From positions 1-56,714 of the forward strand of contig JADZCK010000019.1 in the NCBI GenBank assembly GCA_020851595.1: 56,714 nt of DNA. Reading direction: 5' to 3'. The notes under the pieces were generated by a model. The model was not told the origin of the DNA and made no database searches. It saw only the letters and a list, made by a program, of their open reading frames with translations. Positions within the stretch are counted from its first letter, which is position 1; the number at the start of each line of letters is the position of its first letter. Source of the DNA: Candidatus Nomurabacteria bacterium. GTDB lineage: Bacteria > Patescibacteriota > Minisyncoccia > Phycocordibacterales > UBA9973. Shown here piece by piece: positions 19,057 through 27,781 of this stretch. The position numbers were made by a program, and so were the translations under genes.

Positions 19057-20238
19057 TTATTTACTCTTCAAAAAACGACTAATATAAACGGAATCCATAA
19101 TAAGAAATGGATCACGAATAACTTTATCCTCAAAAGAAGCAAATCCGTGGAGTAATTCTGTACTCAAGAAAATAACTTCGAATTTTGATTCTGTTAGAGA
19201 GTATTGACTGAATTGTTCGGTTTTTATTGTTTGATTAAAGAAAGAAGCTAAATCTTTGTCTATAGCTATAAATATAGTAGCTGGGACAGAAATATCATGA
19301 GAAAGATGTGCTAAGGATTCTTGAAATTTTTTTAACCATTCTGTTTTTAATTTATCCATTACTGGCATAATTCTTTCGACAATAGATTTTTCTGCGTGCT
19401 CGTCTTTAAATAAAGAAATTAAAGATTTAGCTTCATCCAAACTACAGCCGAGAAGAGAAGCAACACCACGAATAAAGAAATTGCGACCGATTGGGAAAGA
19501 TATAGATTCTCGCAAAACATTATTTTTAATCATAGAAATATCTGTGATCTCACCAGCGATATCTGCCAGAAGAAAATCTATTTTTTGATGATTCATATCC
19601 CTAACAGCAGAAAAAGAAGCCATGGTAAAAGAAGAGAATTTTATTTGATGAAAATTAAAATGTTTAGATACGATATTCTCTATCCCCTGTAAAACTTGTT
19701 CCCCACTCAGAGCCACAAATATAACCATTTCTAACTCTTTTGTTTTTTGATTTAGCGGCTTTGAAACTTCATAACCATTTAGAGACGTTTTTATATTTTT
19801 TAGTTCAATTGCTCGTACAGCATTACCTATATTTTTATATTTTTCTAAATTTTCTTCTTCAAATACTTTAATTTCTTTTTGGATTAACTCATCTGCTAGT
19901 TTTGTGTTAAAAATAAATGGTGTATTTTTCTTGTAACTTATAATTCGAGTCTGCGAAGTATACCAAGGAGAAGAAAGCACACAAAAACACCTGTCTGGAG
20001 CGCCCAACTTAGCAAAATATATTTTATTTACTACAGCTTCTAGGGCTTGCAACATTAAAGGTAAAAACCTATTAACGTCTAACTTTTCTTCTAATTTTAT
20101 TGGCTCAACAACGGAGAAAATGATTTTAGGAATCCCAGATTCTTGTGTTAAGAAAAGAGCTCCGCTTACCGAAGAAGACCCAACATCAAATACTAACACC
20201 AATTCATTTTTATTTTTTGCGCTTGAAAAAATTCCCAT
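19057..20238 (-). CDS. actin/Hsp70-fold ATPase-like protein (FtsA/PilM-like), function unknown
   Basis: Phosphate-1-like motif LVLVFDVGSSSVSGALF and a later LLADIAGEITDIS motif, spaced as in ASKHA-fold proteins. Confidence 0.4.
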   Translation of the reverse strand: MGIFSSAKNKNELVLVFDVGSSSVSGALFLTQESGIPKIIFSVVEPIKLEEKLDVNRFLPLMLQALEAVVNKIYFAKLGAPDRCFCVLSSPWYTSQTRIISYKKNTPFIFNTKLADELIQKEIKVFEEENLEKYKNIGNAVRAIELKNIKTSLNGYEVSKPLNQKTKELEMVIFVALSGEQVLQGIENIVSKHFNFHQIKFSSFTMASFSAVRDMNHQKIDFLLADIAGEITDISMIKNNVLRESISFPIGRNFFIRGVASLLGCSLDEAKSLISLFKDEHAEKSIVERIMPVMDKLKTEWLKKFQESLAHLSHDISVPATIFIAIDKDLASFFNQTIKTEQFSQYSLTESKFEVIFLSTELLHGFASFEDKVIRDPFLIMDSVYISRFLKSK

Positions 20239-20272
20239 TTATTCAATTATAGCATAAATTAAAATATAAAAA

Positions 20273-22018
20273 CTACAAAAGAACAGCTTTAATGCGCCTG
20301 ATTCCTTGGGCCACAGCTTCTTCTTTTTGAATTTTAAATTGACCGAGTTCTTTCGTGTTAGAAACGTGTGGACCCCCACAGAATTCTTTTGAAATTGGGT
20401 TACCGTTCGCATCTTCTATGAAATACAAAGATACTATTTCAGGATATTTTGCTCCAAATTCCATTTCTGCCCCTATTTTTTCTGCTTCTTCTTTGGACAT
20501 TTCGCGACGCACAACATTTAAACCTTGTTTTATTTTATCATTTACCCAATCTTCCACTTTTAACTTTTCTTCATCAGTTAATTTACGATCAGACAAAAAA
20601 TCCATACGCAACCTTTCCTCTGTAATATTACTTCCCCGCTGTTTTATATTTTTATCCACAACTGTTTGAAGTCCCGCAAGTAATAAGTGGTGCGCCGTAT
20701 GAAGTTTAATTGTTTTTTCATTATGGTTCGCAAGCCCGCCCTTAAACATTCCCGCTGAAGCTGTATGTGAAAGTTTCTGGTGCTCAGTCATTTTTTCTTT
20801 GAATTTCTCCAGATCAATTTCTATCCCCTTTTCCTTCGCAAGCTCCAAAGTAAGCTCTATTGGAAAGCCATAAGTGGTAGCCAAAACAAAAGGATCGACA
20901 CCTTTTTCAAATTCTTTTAATCCATGTTTAAGTGTTTCCCTGAATTTATTTTCTTCTTTTTCTATTTCTTTTTTAATTATTACAGCATTCTCTGTAAGCT
21001 CTGAATATGTATCTTTGTATTTTTCAACAACAGCTTCTACAACCCCAAAAAGCTCTCCATGCTCAAAACCTAAAATATCAGAATAACGAACAGCACGACG
21101 AATTAATCTCCTTAATACATAACCTCTATCGGTATTGGAAGGTAGAACTCCATCCGCAATCATAAAAACACTAGCGCGTATATGGTCCGCAATTATTCTT
21201 TCTGCTTTTAAATTACTTTGTTTAGAAAATTCTTTTATTTTTCCCAAAATACCACTAAAAATATCCGTATCGTACGCTGTCTTTTTCCCTTGCATTACAG
21301 CTGTAATACGCTCGAGACCCGCTCCAGTATCTACATTCTTTTGCTTTAATTTGCCAATTACTTTTCCGTCTTTCTTTTCGAACTCCATAAAAACATCATT
21401 CCATATTTCTATCACATCTTCATTTTTTATCGCTTTCAAAAAATCTTCCTTGTTTAAATCACCGATATCTCCCTTCATGTCATAAAACATTTCACTGCAA
21501 GGACCACAAGGGCCATTATCCCCAGGACTCCACCAGTTATCACTTGCAGGCAAAGCATAAATACGGTCCTCTCTAATACCCAAACTCATCCAAATATCTT
21601 TAGACTCTTGATCAAATTGAGCATTTTCATCTCCTTCAAAAATCGTTACATACAAACGTGAAGCATCAAGTCCAAGCCCTTCATCTTTTTTTGTTAAAAA
21701 TTCGTGGCTCCACTCTATCGCCTCTTTTTTAAAATAATCGCCGAGAGACCAATTACCCATCATTTCAAAAAAAGAAAAATGACGATTGTCCCCGATATCA
21801 TCCAAGTCTCCGGTGCGTACGCATTTTTGTACATCAGCTATTCTTTTACCCATAGGATGTTCTTGTCCTAAAAGATAAGGCACGAGAGGTTGCATGCCTG
21901 CTGTATTAAAAAGTACAGAAGGATCATTTTCTGGCACAAGCGAAGCTGAAGGAATTATTTTATGTCCTCTATTTTCAAAAAACTTTAGAAATTTTGATCT
22001 AACTTCACTTGATTGCAT
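20273..22018 (-). CDS. alaS: alanine--tRNA ligase, compact 581-aa form lacking the C-terminal (C-Ala) domain
   Basis: N-terminus MQSSEVRSKFLKFFENRGH, FFEMMGNWSLGDYFK, editing-site HTAHHLL and CGGPHV motifs. The ORF ends shortly after the latter. Confidence 0.92.
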   Translation of the reverse strand: MQSSEVRSKFLKFFENRGHKIIPSASLVPENDPSVLFNTAGMQPLVPYLLGQEHPMGKRIADVQKCVRTGDLDDIGDNRHFSFFEMMGNWSLGDYFKKEAIEWSHEFLTKKDEGLGLDASRLYVTIFEGDENAQFDQESKDIWMSLGIREDRIYALPASDNWWSPGDNGPCGPCSEMFYDMKGDIGDLNKEDFLKAIKNEDVIEIWNDVFMEFEKKDGKVIGKLKQKNVDTGAGLERITAVMQGKKTAYDTDIFSGILGKIKEFSKQSNLKAERIIADHIRASVFMIADGVLPSNTDRGYVLRRLIRRAVRYSDILGFEHGELFGVVEAVVEKYKDTYSELTENAVIIKKEIEKEENKFRETLKHGLKEFEKGVDPFVLATTYGFPIELTLELAKEKGIEIDLEKFKEKMTEHQKLSHTASAGMFKGGLANHNEKTIKLHTAHHLLLAGLQTVVDKNIKQRGSNITEERLRMDFLSDRKLTDEEKLKVEDWVNDKIKQGLNVVRREMSKEEAEKIGAEMEFGAKYPEIVSLYFIEDANGNPISKEFCGGPHVSNTKELGQFKIQKEEAVAQGIRRIKAVLL

Positions 22019-22025
22019 ATATTTA

Positions 22026-22496
22026 TTAATTGAGCGGCTGATCTATCTCGTCAGAAATTTTTCTAATAGGCTTTTCAAAAATATTCATAACACTAAAAAT
22101 AAGGAGCACTAAAACAGTAGAAATAATTGCTAGGCTATAAAGACCGAACCCAGCAGCTATACCCACACCAGCTGTAACCCAAAGCCCGCTAGCAGTAGTA
22201 AGACCTCTCAATTGAGATCCGTGAAGCATTATGGATCCAGCACCCAAAAATCCAATACCTACTATTATCTGAGAAGCGACCATTATAGGATTGAAGCCTG
22301 GCAAATTCATATATTTACTTGCCATCATTTCAGAAACCAAAATAAAAACAGCAGCGCCCATAGCCACAAGAGCATGGGTTTTCATTCCCGCTTCTTTGTG
22401 AACCAAAAGCCTTTCTGCTCCGATAAGCATACCTAAACCTACAGCTGTCACTAATCTTAAAATTATTTCACTATTTTGTGTTAAAAATTGTTCCAT
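22026..22496 (-). CDS. MgtC/SapB family membrane protein
   Basis: RLVTAVGLGMLIGAERLLVHKEAGMKTHALVAMGAA. Start trimmed to the ATG at 22496 to remove the overlap with mnmA. Confidence 0.8.
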   Translation of the reverse strand: MEQFLTQNSEIILRLVTAVGLGMLIGAERLLVHKEAGMKTHALVAMGAAVFILVSEMMASKYMNLPGFNPIMVASQIIVGIGFLGAGSIMLHGSQLRGLTTASGLWVTAGVGIAAGFGLYSLAIISTVLVLLIFSVMNIFEKPIRKISDEIDQPLN

Positions 22497-22503
22497 AAAT
22501 ACA

Positions 22504-23724
22504 TTATATGACAACTCCACCACCCAGGCAAACATCATTATCATAAATTACACACGACTGACCAGAAGCAACTAAAACTGGTTTTTGAAAAATTAACTCA
22601 GCTTTATTTTCTTCTATCTTTTTTATTTGGCAAGACAAAAATTCTCCGTGATATCTTACTTGTGCTGTGTAATTTTTACTCTCATTTGAAACTTCATTAA
22701 CCCAGTTTATGTTTTCTATTTTTAAGCAAAAATTATTTGAAAAAGAGACTTGCGCAGGCTGACGAGCCGAGCAGGAAGAATTTTTTAGCAAAAAAATATC
22801 TGTGCTTTTTTTTGAATAATTTTTGCTTTGCGACACATATAAAATATTATTTTTTACATCTTTGCCGACGACGTAATAAGGCCTATCTGTAGATGTTTTT
22901 TTAGTGATCGTAAACCCATGCCTTTCCCCTAAAGTATGAAAAACTACCCCATCGTGATAGCCAACCTCCTCCCCTTTTTCATTTATTACTTTTCCCCTTT
23001 TTTCTTTTATATAATGTTTTAAAAATTCTTTTAAATCTACCGCACCCAAAAAACAAATACCTTGGCTGTCTTTCTTTTCTGCAACGGGTAAATTAAATCT
23101 CTTTGCGAGTTTTCGTACTTCAGTTTTATTTAAATGCCCCACAGGAAACAATATTCTCTTTAACTGCTCTTGTTTTAATGTCCAAAGAAAATAGCTTTGG
23201 TCTTTTGAGGGATCATTGCCTTTTAAAAGATAAACAAGATTCAAAAAATTCTTTGGCTTTACTCCACCCCCCGGGCGGAACCTTCCGCCTGCATAATTTT
23301 TTAACTCTTGTTTTATAGATGCATAATGCCCAGTAGCGACAAAATCAGCCCCCATAGAAACAGCTTTTTTTAGAAATGCACCAAATTTCACTTCTTTATT
23401 ACACATTACGTCAGGGTTGGGTGTTCTACTAGCTTTGTATTCTCTGATCATATAATCCGCAACTTCTTTCTTGTAAACATCTTCAAAATTAAAAGTTAAA
23501 AAAGGAATATCCAAAAAAGCTGCCACTCGCATAGCATCATGCCTTTCTTCTTCTTCGTTGCATACTAGAAAATCTGGATGCCAAGTTTTAATAAAAACTC
23601 CGACGACATCGTAACCCTGCTCCTTCAACAAAGCTGCAGAAACAGCAGAATCAACTCCTCCAGATAATCCAACAAAAACGGTTTGGGTTTTCTTACCGTA
23701 AACTATTTTTCTCTTCATAAACAA
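22504..23724 (-). CDS. mnmA: tRNA 2-thiouridine(34) synthase MnmA
   Basis: PP-loop VGLSGGVDSAVSA, catalytic-Cys regions (NPDVMCN, KDSQGICF). The start may be the ATG at 23718. Confidence 0.88.
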   Translation of the reverse strand: MFMKRKIVYGKKTQTVFVGLSGGVDSAVSAALLKEQGYDVVGVFIKTWHPDFLVCNEEEERHDAMRVAAFLDIPFLTFNFEDVYKKEVADYMIREYKASRTPNPDVMCNKEVKFGAFLKKAVSMGADFVATGHYASIKQELKNYAGGRFRPGGGVKPKNFLNLVYLLKGNDPSKDQSYFLWTLKQEQLKRILFPVGHLNKTEVRKLAKRFNLPVAEKKDSQGICFLGAVDLKEFLKHYIKEKRGKVINEKGEEVGYHDGVVFHTLGERHGFTITKKTSTDRPYYVVGKDVKNNILYVSQSKNYSKKSTDIFLLKNSSCSARQPAQVSFSNNFCLKIENINWVNEVSNESKNYTAQVRYHGEFLSCQIKKIEENKAELIFQKPVLVASGQSCVIYDNDVCLGGGVVI

Positions 23725-23727
23725 ACA

Positions 23728-24255
23728 TTACAATTCCAAGAGTTTTTTGTAAAGCTCGTAGGTAGCGCGAGCATCACCCAATCCAGAATGTGGATTTTTG
23801 TTTTCGATACCAAAATGAACACACATTTCGTGCAAAGAAAAACGTTCCAAATCCGGATCGTTATGAAGTTTGGCCCAAGCGATAGATACAGTATCCAATT
23901 TATGGTAATGCAAAGTATTCATTACCCCTAACTTATTAAAATAATATTCCAAGAATCCAGAATCAAAAGCTACATTGTGCCCAACCATAATACACCCTTC
24001 GACTTTGTTTAGAAAAATATTTATCGCCTCTTTATAATCAAGAGCAGATTCCCAGTCTTTCTCATTGTAGTGATTTACCTTCAATGCCACAGAATCAGCA
24101 TCTTCTATGCGCTCTGGTTTTATTTTTAATTCAAATTCTTCAATTACTTCTAAATTTGGCGTAGTCAAAACACAACCGATCTCAATGATCTCGTTTTTAA
24201 GCAAGTTTAATCCAGTGGTTTCTATATCGATAAATGCAAAATTGTGTTTTCTCAT
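23728..24255 (-). CDS. DEDDh 3'-5' exonuclease (DnaQ/epsilon-like)
   Basis: Exo I FIDIETTGL, Exo II VGHNVAFDSGFL, Exo III HSGLGDARATYELY. Confidence 0.85.
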   Translation of the reverse strand: MRKHNFAFIDIETTGLNLLKNEIIEIGCVLTTPNLEVIEEFELKIKPERIEDADSVALKVNHYNEKDWESALDYKEAINIFLNKVEGCIMVGHNVAFDSGFLEYYFNKLGVMNTLHYHKLDTVSIAWAKLHNDPDLERFSLHEMCVHFGIENKNPHSGLGDARATYELYKKLLEL

Positions 24256-24260
24256 AAATT

Positions 24261-25193
24261 TTACTTCAAGTATTTTAATATATTACTTCTATGCTCAGCA
24301 AAAGTCTTCGCATAATGAATATTACCATCTTTATCGTGAAGATAGTATAAATAAGAAGATTTTTTTGGATAAATAGACGCTTTTATCGATTCTAAACCAG
24401 GATTGCTTATAGGGCTCTTGGGTAATCCTTTTGTTTTATAAGTTTCCATAGCTGCGTCTACCTGAAGTGGCATACCGATAGCAATTCTTCTCCATAAAAT
24501 ACCTGATATTATTTCTCTGTCCGCGTCCCCTTTGGCTTCTTTCTCTATTACCGAAGCCATAGTAATAATATCTTTTTCAGATTTACCGGACTTTTTTATT
24601 TCAGAAAGAATCGGTGTTATTTTTCTATCAAAATTATCTAACATCAATTTGATCACATCTTTTTCATTTGCATCAGATAAGAAAAAGTAAGTATCAGGGA
24701 AAAGGTAGCCTTCCTTGTCTTTTGTTTCGTTCAAGAAATTATTCTTATCAAAATTTGATAACTCTTTCAAGAAAGCGTTTGCTATTTCAATCCTATTAAA
24801 ACCTTCAGGAATAGTTACAGAGATTGGAGCCATATTTCGTTCACCTTCTTTTATACGCCAAGCTACCTGCCAAACTGGTATTTTTTTATCAAACAAATAA
24901 TCGGCAAATTTTATATGCAATTCTCCTCCAAAAATTATTACAAATGATTCAAAAGCTGCTCTAGAGCGTATGATATGTTCTTTTTTTAAAAGAGCCGATA
25001 CGCTACGCAAACTTTCCCCTTTTTCAATTTTTACTACAGCGCTAGAAGGGAAATCAGATGGTGGACTGAAAAGAAAATAATAAAAGATAAAACCCAAACA
25101 TGAAAACAAAAAGATATAAAAAACTTTTTTCTTTGGTTTCCTTGGTTCCAAATAACCAAGACCGCTTTCAAATTCGTTTACAGAATTTTCCAT
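24261..25193 (-). CDS. mltG: endolytic murein transglycosylase MltG (YceG-like)
   Basis: N-terminal TM, EGYLFPDTYFF motif, MASVIEKEA motif. Confidence 0.88.
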   Translation of the reverse strand: MENSVNEFESGLGYLEPRKPKKKVFYIFLFSCLGFIFYYFLFSPPSDFPSSAVVKIEKGESLRSVSALLKKEHIIRSRAAFESFVIIFGGELHIKFADYLFDKKIPVWQVAWRIKEGERNMAPISVTIPEGFNRIEIANAFLKELSNFDKNNFLNETKDKEGYLFPDTYFFLSDANEKDVIKLMLDNFDRKITPILSEIKKSGKSEKDIITMASVIEKEAKGDADREIISGILWRRIAIGMPLQVDAAMETYKTKGLPKSPISNPGLESIKASIYPKKSSYLYYLHDKDGNIHYAKTFAEHRSNILKYLK

Positions 25194-25196
25194 AAA

Positions 25197-26630
25197 TTAA
25201 ATAGGCAAATTTGTAGGAGGAGCAGATTCTTTGGACTCAATGCGTTCAAGAGTAGGGACTTTTAATATCTGACCTGGGAAGTGCCACAATGTAGCCAATT
25301 CTTCGACATTCAGAACAAATATATTGTGATGAAAATATGCCTTGAAAAAAATATTAAAAGGAAAAGAAAGATTATGTTGAGAAAGAAGATGATGTCGTAG
25401 TGGCGGATGGAAAAAAGCGCGCTCCCTATATTCTTCGAGCATTCTATCAGACAATTTCAAAACTGTTTTAGGAGAAAGCATAAAAAGATTGCCCAAAGGA
25501 TTCCCCGTCATATATGCATCTGGTGCAGTATTGTTACAACGCACTAATTCATTACTATTTGGATCCGCGTACTGGCGCCAAATCAAACGTATGTTTCTTC
25601 TACTATTTAAATCATAAGCTTCTTTTTTAGCTATATACATCGATCTAATTCCAACATCAAAACCGATTTTTGCTGGTTTCTGTCTCATTTTTTTTACAAC
25701 ATCTTCTAGGTGAGGAGGAACACGAACTTCTTTTCTACTTCTGCCTATACCGATTTGGTCTGCTGTTTGAACTTCTTTGTAACTACTATAATCCGCTACA
25801 AGTTTGTACAACTGAAGCTCGGATTCTTTCACCCAATCGTGTTTACCAAACCAAGTGCCAGCATCGTGAAATTCTTTTTTTGAAGGAGTAATAATAATCT
25901 GTACCCACATTTGTTCTCCTTTTTTCAAGGAACCAAAAAGTTCTATCACAGGAGAAATGGGATCAACTTTAAATTCTTCTTTTGGATCTTTATCCAAACC
26001 AAAATCTACATATGTTTTAATAGGAAACGCTTCTGATTTTGCTAATTTCCATTCGCAACCCCAACCCATCCATTCACTATCTTCAGTTATTTTATCTACA
26101 GCTAAAGTATAATCCTCCACTACTTTTACTTGGGCTTGCGGATATTGCGCATACATTTGTGTTTCTATCAACCCTTTTAATCTCGAAGGAGTTCTTATAT
26201 AAAAATGCACTTGGCCGTCGATAGAGACAATCTCCAAAGAAAACCAAAACCACACAGCACCTTGCCAGTAGGCTTCGAGTCCTCCTTTCATACTCCAGTG
26301 GTAAAGAGCATTTGTAAAAAAGAGTTCCATAGCTCTTGGAGACCTCAAAACTTCTCTTGGTGGAACGATTTCAAGCAAGACAAATTCTATTCCTGAAATA
26401 AAATCTTGTTGTACATAATGCACCCAGAGTTTCCAAGCTAGCATTCCTAACCCTACAACACCGAGCAAAGGAAGAATATTTAAAAATGTTTTGTATAAGA
26501 AAAAAGCAAACGAATCATTTTTTGCTGCAAAAACAATTATAATTCCAACAACAATTACATGCCAATATGTAGTGGCCTCTTTTATCAAAACATCAAACAG
26601 ATCCTCCCCTCCTGCTTTTGCATCAGACAT
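25197..26630 (-). CDS. large membrane-anchored protein of unknown function
   Basis: N-terminal TM helices, then a 380-aa soluble domain beginning LLEIVPPREVLRSPRAMELFF. No family assigned from memory. Confidence 0.45.
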   Translation of the reverse strand: MSDAKAGGEDLFDVLIKEATTYWHVIVVGIIIVFAAKNDSFAFFLYKTFLNILPLLGVVGLGMLAWKLWVHYVQQDFISGIEFVLLEIVPPREVLRSPRAMELFFTNALYHWSMKGGLEAYWQGAVWFWFSLEIVSIDGQVHFYIRTPSRLKGLIETQMYAQYPQAQVKVVEDYTLAVDKITEDSEWMGWGCEWKLAKSEAFPIKTYVDFGLDKDPKEEFKVDPISPVIELFGSLKKGEQMWVQIIITPSKKEFHDAGTWFGKHDWVKESELQLYKLVADYSSYKEVQTADQIGIGRSRKEVRVPPHLEDVVKKMRQKPAKIGFDVGIRSMYIAKKEAYDLNSRRNIRLIWRQYADPNSNELVRCNNTAPDAYMTGNPLGNLFMLSPKTVLKLSDRMLEEYRERAFFHPPLRHHLLSQHNLSFPFNIFFKAYFHHNIFVLNVEELATLWHFPGQILKVPTLERIESKESAPPTNLPI

Positions 26631-26684
26631 TCTTATATTTTAGTATGAAAAACAAAAAAAACAAAGCGACGCAGAAAAAAATAT

Positions 26685-27713
26685 TTAAGCTACAGTATAG
26701 AGTCCGTTTTTGTTTTTCTTGAAAAATTTAGTATTGGCAAGGTTTACCAATATAGTATTTTTTTTGAAATATCTTTCCTTCATAACCTTTTCTACTATAT
26801 CTTCTTTAGATAAAGGCCCCTCTCTTTTTAAGATATCTTCTATTACTTCACGAGCAATCCCCGCTTTATACCCCCATTCTTTAAGTGCATACATACCCCT
26901 ACCAACTAAGACAAAACGAGTGTCTTTTATTAGTTCGTTGTGACAAGTCGCGTAGTGCGTCTTTTTACCAAAAGTTTTAGAAATAGAATCCGCCACTTCC
27001 TTAAAATGCATAGGGGATCCGTGACGCCTCATCACAAGAAAAGCGTAATCCTTCACTCCACGAGTGCGAATGTTTGGAGAATTTGTTTTACCCCACTCAC
27101 CAAGTTGATTTTTCGAAATAGTTTTAGACATAGAAAGCCATCTCTTAGCCATCTCTTCGTCTCTCAAATCTTCAGAAATGTCTTTGATATGTTCAAGAAA
27201 TTTTTTTATCATCTCTGTCTCAGAGATAAGGTCTTCATCTTTTAAAGATGAATAAAGTTTCTTTAATGCTTCATGCACTTTGTTTGCCATCATATCGTCC
27301 ACGCTCCAACGAGCATGAAAATGGTCATCTTCTCGATGCTTTTTAAAAGCATCTCCTAAAACCAAAAAGAAGTGAACATGATTTTGCACCGATTGATCTT
27401 TTGAAATATATGAAAGTAATTGTTTTTCAGAAACAACTGAGCCGAGTTTATGCATTAATTGTTTCAATTCTTCAAATGCAGCTTGCTCTGTTTTGTAAAA
27501 TTCAGATTTTTTAATCAAATTTATAGCAGCATCTTCTACTTGTCTTACGCGTTCACGAGTTATGTTATATTTTTTACCTATTTCCTCGAGAGTTTTACGT
27601 TTTCCATCAGCAGTCAAACCAAATCGGTTCATTATCACATCAGAAGCGCGTTCTTGCAAATGTGAGATTAATTTTTTTGTAATTTTTTGAGGTTTGAAAG
27701 AAATTGTTGGCAT
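26685..27713 (-). CDS. sigma-70 region-4-like HTH protein with C-terminal HARE-HTH-like domain
   Basis: TLEEIGKKYNITRERVRQVEDAAINLIKK is a classic region 4.2 pattern. The C-terminus (MHFKEVADSISK...RFVLVGRGMYALKEW) resembles the delta-subunit/HARE-HTH fold. Confidence 0.5.
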   Translation of the reverse strand: MPTISFKPQKITKKLISHLQERASDVIMNRFGLTADGKRKTLEEIGKKYNITRERVRQVEDAAINLIKKSEFYKTEQAAFEELKQLMHKLGSVVSEKQLLSYISKDQSVQNHVHFFLVLGDAFKKHREDDHFHARWSVDDMMANKVHEALKKLYSSLKDEDLISETEMIKKFLEHIKDISEDLRDEEMAKRWLSMSKTISKNQLGEWGKTNSPNIRTRGVKDYAFLVMRRHGSPMHFKEVADSISKTFGKKTHYATCHNELIKDTRFVLVGRGMYALKEWGYKAGIAREVIEDILKREGPLSKEDIVEKVMKERYFKKNTILVNLANTKFFKKNKNGLYTVA

Positions 27714-27781
27714 GTTTGTATTATATCATTTAAAATTTTTTTGTTTAATGTTTTATGTATATTTTTTATATTTTATGATAA

